Of a DNA stretch of 64,000 bases, positions 26,776-38,669 are shown piece by piece. Positions within the stretch are counted from its first letter, which is position 1, and each line of letters opens with the position of its first letter. The notes beneath the pieces were generated by a model. The model was not told the DNA's origin. It saw nothing but the letters and a program-made list of their open reading frames with translations, and did not search any database. Where the stretch lies: NCBI GenBank assembly GCA_964057225.1, contig OZ059898.1, positions 11,656,001-11,720,000 of the forward strand. The letters are read 5' to 3'. The position numbers and the translations under genes were made by a program. The stretch comes from Auanema rhodensis (Eukaryota; Animalia; Nematoda).

Positions 26776-27181
26776 TCTTTTCCTTCCAATATTTCATTTT
26801 TTTATTGTTCTTTCGCATTTTTTTTGTATATAAGACAGTGTAGAATGAATGAAGATCTCAACTTGTCAAATTCTCAAAGTCTCAGAGAAAGGGAAAGCGA
26901 AAACGATAGACAACAACTACAAAAACCGAAAATCAATGATGACATAACTATTGATAAGGTTAATTAGAATACGTGAATCATCATTAAAGAATACTTTTGA
27001 GTATATTTACTTCATACACGTGAACTATGACGTGAAGAGCTGATTCATTTTAAAGAATAGTTTACGTGTCATTCGGTTGTATTTGTGTGTCTTGCTTGAA
27101 CTTTTTTAATTAAAAAAATTTTGATTTGAAGCTGGTGAGAAGGAAAATGAGAGCCGGATTGTAATTGAAAGGGAAAATAAA

Positions 27182-27219
<38 letters not shown>

Positions 27220-30200
27220 TAAACAAAATGATAAAAAACGTATCAAGAAGCTGAAATGAAAACTAACCGAACTTGTCCATGATACACGGAATTTAAGCCA
27301 CGTAATAGATCATGCCAGAGAGTCATCTTTATAGATAACAAACCCTCGTCACATTCTATCTTCAGCCATTCCTCACTGAACCGTCCACGATGAATACGAA
27401 GTTTAGCCTCCTAATCAGATGAATAAGTAGATAAATATGAATAAAAGTTACAAAAATACTTTTGTATTAGGAGTAGATACCAATAGATAAAGCTCGTGAT
27501 CGTCACTCAAACCAAGACCACTATGATCAACAACTCTAGAAATATTAAAATGGAAAAAATGATAAAACGAAAGATGATTTTCAAATATAAATTTTTCAAA
27601 TCGAAGATGTGTTATATGCGTGTGTATGTGTATGTGTATGAGAAAAGGGGAAATAGATAGAGAAAAAGAGCGCGCGAGATGGATTAATGGCATGAAGTTT
27701 GGAAATGGTATTGCAATAGGGGTGGGGGGAGGAGAAGGAGTGCGAAATAGCACATGGTTTCAAGTCAGATTTCAATTAGAAGGACAAATTGCACATGAGT
27801 GATAGCTCGCTGACAGAATGATTCTGGATAATTTTGGTGAACAAAACGAAAGACAAACAGAAGGTGTGGTGAAGGAAAAAAAAAGAGAAAAAGATAAAAC
27901 ACATCAGGCATAAAACAGAGAAATTGAAGAGAAAGAAGAACGATAGAGAGATAAAGACGACAGAGACAGTGCGAGAAGATGAAAGGAGTAGAAATGCGGT
28001 AGAATAGAGGGAGAGAGATAAAGAGAGAGAGAGAGATAGAGAGAGAGAGGGTGGAAAGAGGGAAGAGCTGAAAGCAATGGTGAAGCGAGGAAAGGAGAGA
28101 CCGGCAATGAGAAGGGTAAAGAGACAGGAAAAAAACGATAAAAGCAAAACAAAGTTAGAAGTAAGTGAAATATTTTTCTGGAAGAATAGATAATTCCCAC
28201 AGTTTTAAGCAAATATGGTGTGACGTAGAATTGGAAGGTAATGACACATAGGGGGTGAAGTCGGGCGGTCAGAAGGACTAAAAGCTAGGCGAATAATGTT
28301 CGTTAGGTGGGCGACATGGGTGAGGTGCGAGGTAGGCGCTGATGAACGAAAGTGGGTGGAGAGTGGGTGAAGCTAGATGCAAAGGATAGAGATCAAGAAA
28401 CGGCATGACAACAACAGAACGGGGGAGATATAGCTGTATAGAAGAGGATATGGATGTTTATGAGCTGCTGAAGAAGCTTGTTATCACATAAACTTTTACA
28501 GAGAGAAAAAAAAATCCAAAATTTTGCATTTTCACTAACCGCAATGAGAAATGTCCGTTGTCACGACGAATGTCTAGACATATTTGGCCTTGGACCTCAA
28601 AACAAATTTGAAAATTAGATAGTAAATCACGTAAATTTCACGTACTTCTTGATATTTGCTGACAGCTTTCAAGGGCAGTACCATTTCAACACCAGCACTT
28701 TTGATAATTTCTAGTCGACTCAAAGAGACGCGACCGATAGGCCGTGGTGTTTTTCCAGGAGTTCGCGATCCTGAAAATCCGTCAGATGGTATTGAAAATA
28801 TATTTTTTTGTTCCAAAAAGCAATAAAATATAACAAAAACAGAAATATAAACAAACAAGTATAATCAAAATATGTCGGAAAGAGGAAAAAAAAACGAAAA
28901 ATTACCTTCTAAAACGACCAGATGGAAATTAGTAAATGTGTGACTACCTTCATACAAAAAATCATCGAGCACATTATCACTGTAGCAAAAAAATAAGAAA
29001 AAAAAGAAGTTGTTAACAATAATAATTATAAATTTAATTAGGAAATTAAATTAGAATTAAAGAATATTTGAAAAAGAAAACAAAAAGTATGCGAAAAACT
29101 CACGTCGTTTCACGAACTAATGGAGATGATAAGTGAATATCTTTGTGATCTAATTTGGCAACCAAAAAAATTGGCTTATTGCTATGTCCTAAAGCACGTG
29201 GTTTAGCAGTTCAGCACAATTTCAGTTAACTGTGAATAAGCGAAAAACAAACCTTTCAAACCTTTCAGAGAGACAACCTTGCAGCGTAAGCTTTCAATCA
29301 TTCGCAAATTTCCACAACGGCGTCCAATTTGCTGAAAAGAGGTTGAGAAGTTAGGCTTCTTCTTTCAAGTCTGACTTCGAGAAAGCAACAACGATTTGCA
29401 GTAGTTTTGGGAAAAAATACTTTAAAAAATCAAAATTTACTTGTTTCTTTTCGCTTGTTGGCCTTAGCATAAAAGGGATTGTAGCCATTGGATCAGTTAT
29501 TCCGAATTGGGATAATGGCAGAGAATCTTTAGTTGGAGATATTGGTGAAGGGGGATACTGTTGGTTGGCTTCACATCCTGGACCACCAACCACCAAATCC
29601 AATTTGGGAGGTGTTGCTCGCTGAGCCAGCAGAATCTGAACTTGTTATTTATTTTAAAAAATAATAATAAAAACGGCAAGAGATGGTTTTATATAAAACT
29701 AACCGCTTGATCGCCTTTTAGCTTCCGATACCGGATGGATAAACGTCCTCCACATTGACGAACTACTGGAGAGGGCTCCCTGAAATTCAATCGCATAGTT
29801 AATGGAAAATATTTCATGAAGATGCGTTAGAATACTAAAGTATAGAAAAGCGAAATGTGAGTAAAATTCAGAAATGATATAAGAGAAATTTGGACCTGCG
29901 GTGGGTGGCATGAGCATCATATGATTTCATACAGTTTTCGTCCGGGATAGAATTCATAGAGCTCGATGAGCTTCGGCTTTCCCACTGAAAATGCTCACAT
30001 TGAATCAGTGAGATTGAAATGGAATTCAGTTTGTGCAAACCTGCTTCGATAAACTAGTTGATTCGTGAGTTGCTAGTGAAGTAGATGGCTGAACTTCTGA
30101 GTCATCCGGCAGATTTTTCTGTTGGATATTTTCCTTTTTGGTAGCTTTAAGCAGGGATTCAGGCGAAGAAAATGAAGCAATTTCTTCTTTTTGAATACTA

Positions 30201-31214
30201 ATATCTCGTTCAAGCTGTTCCATTTTTTCAAATATGCTGTACATATCTTTAGGAAACATCTATAAGAACAGATCCAGATTATCATAATGAATATAAAGTA
30301 TTTCTCACTTTTTCAACAGGAGTACCAATAGCAGAAGGATAATGGTCAGTTCCCTCGTAGAGATCGAAACATGAGTTATCCAAAGATATTTGTGAAGGTT
30401 GTGGGCTTGAAATGACAACATTATTATACGTAAATCACATGGTGATAAGACATTTTTTGATCAAAATAGTCGTTGTTGAATGTGTGATTATCGATTTACA
30501 GATGAATGATGATTCTACATTAGATTTGAAGTTGAATCAGCTATTACTTACCGATAAGAGCAGAGAGATGTTGAAAGTAATGTTGTGCAGATGGAATCAT
30601 TGCTCGTCTGATCTCGCATGTTTTCGTTGATCGTCCTCAACGGATATGGTGGTGATGTGGACGAGGCTCCACGAGCTGTGTCATAATCACCCATGAGAGA
30701 CGAGTCCTGTAGGAAATAAACATGCACAAATTGGTTGAAATTATCATTTTCAAGTCTAATTCATGGCACTAGATAGCTGATGTTACGACGTGAATAGGCA
30801 TAAGAACGAATTGAAAATATAGCAATAAATATGAAATTAATCTTTCAAAAGCGGAAAAAAAAGAAAAAAATTAGTTTTTGAGCATTTTTTTAGTTTGAAA
30901 AAGGCTATGCAAACCTCATAGACATCATCACAAGATAGTAGTGAAGCTCTGCGTGAACCTTGCCCGAATAAGTCAATCTGAAAAGACAATTCGATTTAAT
31001 AGTTAAGGATAATATACTAAAAGCTTACATCCACATCTAGACTTCTCCTATGGCTTTTCTTTCGTCGATTTAATGGTGGATCAAAGTCAAGATCAATTGA
31101 TTTAGAAAGTTCAGCAATAGTTTCGCTTGAGTATTTGAACCGCATCGCAGCATCCCTTAAGGCACTTACCCTTCTTGGGTCGTTGATTATATTGTCTAAC
31201 GATTTGCAGCTCAT
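17398..31214 (-). CDS. gap-1: GAP1-family Ras GTPase-activating protein (C2-C2-RasGAP-PH; RASA2/3-like), about 25 exons
   Basis: Spliced exons give the C2 region (LRMIESLRCKVVSLKGL..IGRVSLSRLEI..EVQGQICLD..MTLWHD..KWFYLRP..YTADHVF). The RasGAP region reads TLFRSQTLASK..CEIDP..SSFLIMRFFAAAILNPKHFGL..RTLLLLSKMLQRL. The PH region reads VLKEGYLIE..KKRYVILT..PKGTIAL..EANDW, and the C-terminus is GTKENPIGAENYMLLNRKLQLS*. The true 5' end is uncertain: there is an acceptor at 31226 and an in-frame Met at 31214. Confidence 0.88.
27183..27219. repeat. (AAC)n microsatellite in a gap-1 intron
   Basis: Read directly from the sequence. Confidence 0.9.
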
Positions 31215-31673
31215 CGCACTTCCATCTGAAGAGTAAATGTAAATAATCTTTTCGAAATTACAAAGATAATGACAAAAAAAATCAAAAAAATCTCATTGAT
31301 TTCATGAAATAACCAACAGGAAAAAAAAGACGAAAAAAACATCAAAAAGAGACAACAAAAAAACATTTTGGTATTGTGTGGTACTTCCGATGTTAAAGGA
31401 CACCATGCCCATCATATAAAGGCGTATACTCACGGGGCGACAAGGCAAAAAAAACGCGACGAATACGAAGATAAACAGATTGCAAGCAAAACAAGAATAG
31501 AAGAACTATCCAATATAATATATAATGTGATCAGGAAATGAATAAGCGAATAACCCCCCTCCACACACATACACACACACTACCAACATCAATCTAACCC
31601 CCCCCCCCCCTCCATCTCTTCATTCAGCCCCTGCCCCAGCCCCAGTCCCAACCATAGACATCTTCATCTACTC

Positions 31674-31699
31674 AACCCCAACCCCAACCCCAACCCCAA
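31674..31699 (-). repeat. (TTGGGG)4 G-quadruplex-type repeat
   Basis: The plus strand reads AACCCC four times, close to a C-run at 31597-31610 and CAGCCCC-like repeats. Confidence 0.8.
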
Positions 31700-33399
31700 C
31701 GCACATCACTTTTTCTCACAGACATACACATCACCCACAGACTACCCACACGATAGACACTACCATCGTCGTCGCCATCATCATCACCAATACCACCATC
31801 ATCACAACCATCATCATCATCATCAACGCTACCAACACTCCTTTTCTTTTAGTTGTCATCCGCTACCAACATCATCAGCAAATGCAGCAGCAGAATATAA
31901 ATGAATAAATATAGCAAGTTTTAGAAGAAAGGGAAGCAAAAGGATGATAGAGAAGAAGAAAAAAAGCGACAACTACAACGTTGTCGTTATCGTCGTAGTC
32001 GTTGACGCCGTCTTCTTCAACATCATCACCGCCACTATTACCATCACCATCAACATCATCACCGATTGCGTCTACGCATTTAATGGCAACGTTGTCGTCG
32101 TGGACGTCGCGGTTCTCGTGGTCGTCGGTCGTTATGGACGCGTCAAATATGTCGTTTCTCTTGTCGCTGTAGAAACTGATGATAAGATGAAGCAAATCAC
32201 TATCGAAAAAGCCACGAGTTCATGGCAACGTCCACGACGACCAACAACAGATCGTCGCCATTTTTTTTTAATGAAAATCAATATACGTTCAAGAAAACAG
32301 ACCCCCTAATTCAAGAGAGGGTGGGCTACTGAGAGCGTCAATATCGTTAACAGCCATCAAAGATAATGACAAAAAGAGAGACAGAGAGAGAAAGAGTTAC
32401 GGTGAAAGGGAGCAATCTATAAAGAGAAAGAGAGAGAGAGGGAAAGAGAGAGAGAGAGAAAGAGAGAGATCGTGATAAATAAAAACGACGAAGGAAGCAG
32501 ATACAGATAAGTGGAAAAGGAAGAGAGTAAAAAGAGAAAAAGAGAAGATTCTTTGATTTCCAAAACTTTTCCGGTTGCCAATGACTTCGTATAGAAGAAG
32601 TGGGTGTGTTTTACGTGAAAACGTGTTCTTTTTTCCTGTCTATAGTCTTGTCCGTCATCATCACCGACTGCATCGTTACGCCGTCAGAAACTCCGTTGTC
32701 ATCAGCATCATGACTGCGTAGCTGATATTCAATAGTCTTCTGCTTCACGAATATCATCTCCTTATTCTTATTCTTCTTTTCCTGTGTCATCATCTTCTTC
32801 TTTCTTCTTTATCTTCTTCTTCCTCCTCTTCTTCTTCTCCTTCTTCTTCTTCTTCTTCTCCTGCTCCCCAACTTTTCCATCTCTTTCTTCGTTCTTATCA
32901 TCATTATAATCAACGTAGAAGGTCATTTGATGAATTCCGAAAAATTACACATAAGATATAAGCAATAATTATAATTTATTGTGTTAAAAAACAAATAGAA
33001 ATATCGGGGGCAGGTCAACCAGCAACGCAAGTAACAGTTTTCTACAACCGTACTCTGTCTCAAAAAGGGACAACTATTTCAAAGCTGATATTACATTCCC
33101 ACCAAATAATTCAACAAATTCAGAATAAGCAAAGAAATACAATTAACGAAACAGAATATATAATGCATCTCTTCAGGTTTTAACATCGTCTCTCCCGTCG
33201 TCTGTGATAGTGATTAGAAGAAACGGAAGTGACGAGAGGACGAACCAGATTTTGTAGTCAACTTACATTGTGGTCCTACTAAAGACATGACACTATACAC
33301 CCTTGTTTCTCCTTCTTCCTCCTCTCTCTCTCCTCCTCTTTTTCTTTCACCCACACATAACACTATGTTCAAAACTAACTCTCTTTCTCTCTCTCTCTT

Positions 33400-33444
<45 letters not shown>

Positions 33445-34225
33445 CTTTCTTTTCATCAATTTCTCACAATCATGTATTCGTTATGTAAAGTTAAGAAGTA
33501 AAAGACAGGTTATAAGAAATTACAAATGGTCTTTCGGATTGCTTTAGACAACTAAAATTAGAAATCAGAAGAAAAAATAAATATTCTGAAGCGGTTCTGA
33601 AGAGTAGACTTAGTGTAGTACATAATGGACATTGTGATTGTGAAGCAATTCGCTTTCGAGCCATCACCTTAGCCTCCGAAGAATGTGATCTCGTCGTGGT
33701 GTTGGTGGTAGCGATGATGGAGATGGTCGAAGTCGTCATCGTCGTCGTCGCCTGCGATATAGACATCACCAACTATCTCATGCTTCTATAGTCTATCGTC
33801 ATTTCTTCATCATCTATCCTTTACCTATTCTCCATATTCCAGTGCTATCTTAATATCTTGACGCTATTCCACGCTGTCTACATATTAGCCATCCCTTATA
33901 TGTATATGTATTTTATGTTCCTTATCCTATTTATATGCGAATGGGAAAGGCCTTCAGATCTATCATACAAATGGATCCGCCCCTATTATTTGAAATAAAG
34001 ATATTATAAACTAAGAAAGAATGAGACATACACATATGAAAACTATTATTCGTTACTAATATAATAACTTATCACAGCCACAATTGGATTTTAAATTATT
34101 AATATACACAAAAAAATAAATAAATACATCACCGTAACTATCATAATTTCATTATTCTGAACGGTGATTGGAGAGAATAATGTTGTTGAAGTTGGCATAG
34201 CTTATGGTGGTGGTTTGACTTGCTT

Positions 34226-35459
34226 TCAAGCTTCAACCACGATTGTTTTTGCTAGTAGATCATACACTGCACGATTGTACTGAAATCCGAAAAGAACGGA
34301 ACTGACAGGTAACAGCATATTAACAATCATATTCTTTACAAGAGATCGTAGCAATGAACTGAAATAATGATTGCATATGATAGAAGCAAAGAATAGGCAA
34401 ATGAATTACTTCACGAATGGCAAGCGTTCATCACCAGTTACGATAATCTCCATTGGATTAGCCGTTGGGATCACTGTGTGTGCTGATATAACTTTGAGCC
34501 CTAGGAAAATCTGAAAAGAATTTGTATATAGCTCGTGCATTCGAATTGTCACTAAATACCTTTCCAGGTGATGCACCAGAAGTAAACAGAAGATATCCGT
34601 AGGATAGAAAGGCAGCCTAATAAATAAAATACAAATAATTATTGATAAATATTGTGAATACCTACCTCTAAAATACTTCCGAAAACTTTAAGTATCATTT
34701 CCAATGGAAATACATCTTGTGTAGCATTTATAAACATTTGCATATCAGCCTCTTTTCCTATTAATTTTTCATATGGTGAAAGGTCCCTGAGATCCGTTAA
34801 AGTTCAAATTATAATTAATATTGTTTGTGAAAACTTACAAAGCTTCAAAAGATATTAACCAATATATTCCAATTATTTTCACAACAAAGAGCAAAAACCA
34901 ATCAATAAACTCAGCAATAGCTCGTCTTGGAAGCGATGCTATTCTGTAAAAGAACAGAAAAGGTGATAGGGTAGAATTGACACGGCATTACTTGTAAGTT
35001 CTTGTTAGAAGTCTTCTTCCATTTACGGAAACTACTGTATTACTAATTTGTGTTGTCTAAAAATTAATAATTTCAATTTCCTCAATTTTATTTAACTTAC
35101 AGGTACTGTCGGGATAGGTAAAGGTGGTGGAACCTACAAAAACGTTTCTTTTAAAATAATTTATATTATTTGAAAAACTCACGGGCATTGAAGCTTGGAA
35201 CATAGTCTCCCAGCATTTTGTGTGAAAAATCTAAAAAGATTAAAAGTAATTGAAGACAGTAATACAGATTATATACCCATTCTCGGACTTGTTCGGCATA
35301 AGCAGCAGCTCCATTGTAGCTCACGGTATTCTGAGAAATTTCAGTAAACCTTTAAAATTGTATGTATATTATATATTATGCTAACTATAAATTTAAATAT
35401 TACCTATTCTTTTTAAGCCGATCTCGATCCACGAAAGCCCAGGACGGTGTCCGAATCAT
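34226..35459 (-). CDS. FAM8A1-like RDD-family membrane protein
   Basis: Spliced product: MIRTPSWAF..YNGAAAYAEQVREW..YKIASLPRRAIAEFIDWFLLFVVK..GASPGKIFLGLKVIS..SLLRSLVKN..FQYNRAVYDLLAKTIVVEA*. The RDD R..D..D signature and the G-(T/S)PGK motif are present. Confidence 0.85.
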
Positions 35460-36385
35460 CCCCCCAAATTTGAAACAAATCCGCTTCACGGCACGCGAGC
35501 GGCAACCCTACGCGTCGCGAAAGCTCTTGCGCGAACAAACTCTGAAGAATTGGATTTGAGATTCATTACAGTATATAATACAATTTGAAAAAAATCATAA
35601 ATTTAATAAAAATCATGAAAATTGTTAATGATTAGTCAACGACTCCTCGATACATTAACTTCACAGCTCAAGCTAATAGTACAAACATCTAATATTATTA
35701 CTTAGCGTTGGCGAGAAAACTATTTAAAACAGGAAATGAATGAATTACATTTTATCCAACTGATATTGGAGATATCAACCCAATTATAGAAGTGATTACT
35801 TGTCATTCCTTCCTACTTCTTCCAATAGACAACTCTATGAAAGGCTATTTTCATTTTCATTTTTTCAACTGCCTGATCGGTTGTATTCGATATTTGTATG
35901 CTAAACAACTAATTTCTCAATATTTCAGAGTACACGAATGCTTTAATCTTCTTAAATGACGTTTGAATGAAAACAATAATTATTATTTCAATGGTAATAA
36001 TATTAATTAAGAAATGAAAGTATAAATCATATATTAGAGCATGAGTTTTCTCTAGATAAGCTCTCTATTACGCGAATCTATGCTTTGTGAATGAAAAAGG
36101 ATAATGAAGTAATGGTTACTGACTGTAAGTTGACGCTCTAAGCTGTATAAGCATACTACTTTCAGAAGATACTAAACCATCATTTCATATCAAGCATCTT
36201 TTATCAAAATACATAATCAATACTACAGTGTAGTTTAATTGATCTTTATTTAACGCATTAGGTGATTCTACGCATTTGTAACTTGATGATCATCAGCTCC
36301 AAATCAATTTTTCTTTTCCTTTTTGCAATTTCTCCGTCAGTTAGCAGAGGATTCTAAAAACATCCTCTCATTTAAGGTTAACCTA

Positions 36386-38324
36386 ATGGACATGCGTGAG
36401 GTTTTAGCTCAAAATATTTATGGTCTGAAGAAAATTGCAGCGGATAAATTCAGGTGAATTCCCCGTTCATTTGTCAATATTTTTCGTCAAATACTCATTT
36501 ATATTAACATGAATTATACATTAAGGACAATTAACTTTAAGATTACTTAAGACTCTTATTCATTTGTCTTATCTTTAATACTGTTGGGTCTATTTTAGGG
36601 CCAAAGGACCTCATATGGGTGGTCTTTATGCAGAAGCTCGTCTATTCGGTGGGCAAGCTGTCGGTCAAGCATTTAGAGCTATCCAGGAGCAGTTTGGCTT
36701 TGATTTGATGCCAAGTTCTATGCATTATAAATTTATTGGGCCGGGTGTGTTGAAACATATTTACTTTAAATGAACTTTTCGGAATGAAAATTTAAAAAAT
36801 AAATAACCCAAGATGCAAAGATTTGGAACGAAAATTTGTATAGATATTATTTATTTATTTTTTTAAGGCAAAACAGATGTAGACTTAGAATATGAAGTGA
36901 TTCAGATGACGAGTGGCTATTATCGTGTTTTAACACGACAAGAAGGAAAACTAATTGGTTCCGCTTTCGTTTCCGTAAGATTTATAAAAATTATAGTTTT
37001 GAACAATACGTTTTAAACATAGAAAAAATGTCTTTCTTTTTCTGTTTTCTCATCAAGTGCATCTTTAGTTAGTTGCTTCACCGAGCGCTGGAGTTTCTTC
37101 AACATATGATGATCAGAAGTTGCTTGAACTTGACTACGTGGAAAAACCTGATGAGCTTTTATCCATTAGTGAACTTATTAGGAATAGTGGAATGAGTGAG
37201 GTATCAAAGTCATGGATCTAACCATGCATATTTCTTCATCAATCATGAAAAAATAGTAGGAAGCAGCTTGTAAATAATGAAAAAAAATTTCCTGAATATC
37301 GCTCAATGAATTTGAAAGTTTTTTTTTAAGAAATCATCAACGTACATATATTTAACCAATGGAATTTATGAATTGAAATTAGTGGAATGGTCCAGAATGA
37401 GAAGACAACAGAATGTGCAACGAAATATTATATGGGCTCGAATTCAACCAGATTGTCATAGTGAGTGAATAGTACAAGAAAATAATTTTTATTAGATTAA
37501 ATTTAAATATTTTTCCGCAACATTTACTTTCAGAATATATTAAGCATGAACATGGAGGTCAAGCTGCTTTAACATTATCTGATTTTTTCATCGTTTTGGC
37601 AGCTGAGGTAATGTTCTCCTAAAGTGTATTTCTTACTTATATTTTTCTTTTTTACGATTGAATTTTTGGAAAAAAAAATGAAGTATATGCTAAAGATCAA
37701 CCGCTCTGAACGTCCGAGAGTTTTTTGAGACGGGAAGTATCCCACCCCCATAAGGAATCTGTATTCCAAGAGCTTCTTAAATCGTTTATATTTATTTTCA
37801 TCTCATATTACCAGCTGCAAACTTATTTTGGGAAATTAAAAGTGAAGAGAGTGCGTGAAAGGTGTGCGTGAGCCAGCCGGATATTAAGCGTATGCTAACC
37901 AATTTATTATGCTAATTAGTCAGATATCAGAACTTATAGTTCCTGAAATTGAGTTGCAGAAAATAGATGAAAATGACGGCTTAGTTCCCGTCTACTAATA
38001 AGCCTTCTATTTATTTTTTTTAAGGATATTCACCATAATTCTGGATATAGACTTTCGCAAGCCGCTTCTCTTCACCACTCCGTCAACTTTTGTTGCCGTA
38101 CAACTGACATCAATGTAGATTTTTTCTTGAATTCAAAAGTCGAAAATGAAATTTTGATTATTTTATAGCCATATCAATGGATGCTGTACCGAGTTGAAGC
38201 GGAAATCATTAGTAATCATCGAGCTATGCTCAAAGCATGCGTCTACGACGAACAGCTTCGGGAGCTGTTAACTATAACCCAGGAAGCATACCTTTCCCCT
38301 AAGCTCAAAAAATCAAGTCTGTAA
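36386..38324 (+). CDS. Acyl-CoA thioesterase II (TesB/ACOT8-like, double hot-dog fold)
   Basis: Spliced product: MDMREVLAQNIYGLKKIAADKFRAK..RLFGGQAVGQA..PSSMHYKFIGPG..LEYEV..WARI..LTLSDF..AASLHHSVNF..WMLYRVEAEIISNHRA..VYDEQ..TITQEAYLSPKLKKSSL*. It contains the TesB motifs R-FGGQ, SD, SL-H and QE. Confidence 0.85.
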
Positions 38325-38631
38325 ATGAAGTCAGAATGAACAAGCACACAAAGACACAGGCCTGACTGGAATGATTTAGACGAATTTTTCCAACAAAAAA
38401 AAAAAAAAAAAAGAATTTTTGGTTCTCTTACTATTTCGCACTTAACGTTGCAATTTTGGTGTTCTATGAATTATGAATATTTGTCATATATGAATGTCCG
38501 TAGGCTTCGGAAAAATCATTCCCAACTTTAGCTTTGTGCCAGCAATTGTTGAGATGTTATTTGTCTTGTTTTTGTGGATAAAACAAAATATTCTTACTTA
38601 CTTCTGGCATTATTTCTCTTTTTTTCAGAAC

Positions 38632-38669
<38 letters not shown>

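Noticed and set aside
31674-31699. Telomere or telomere-addition site
   Set aside because: The repeat is TTGGGG with only four copies, not the usual nematode TTAGGC, and it is internal.
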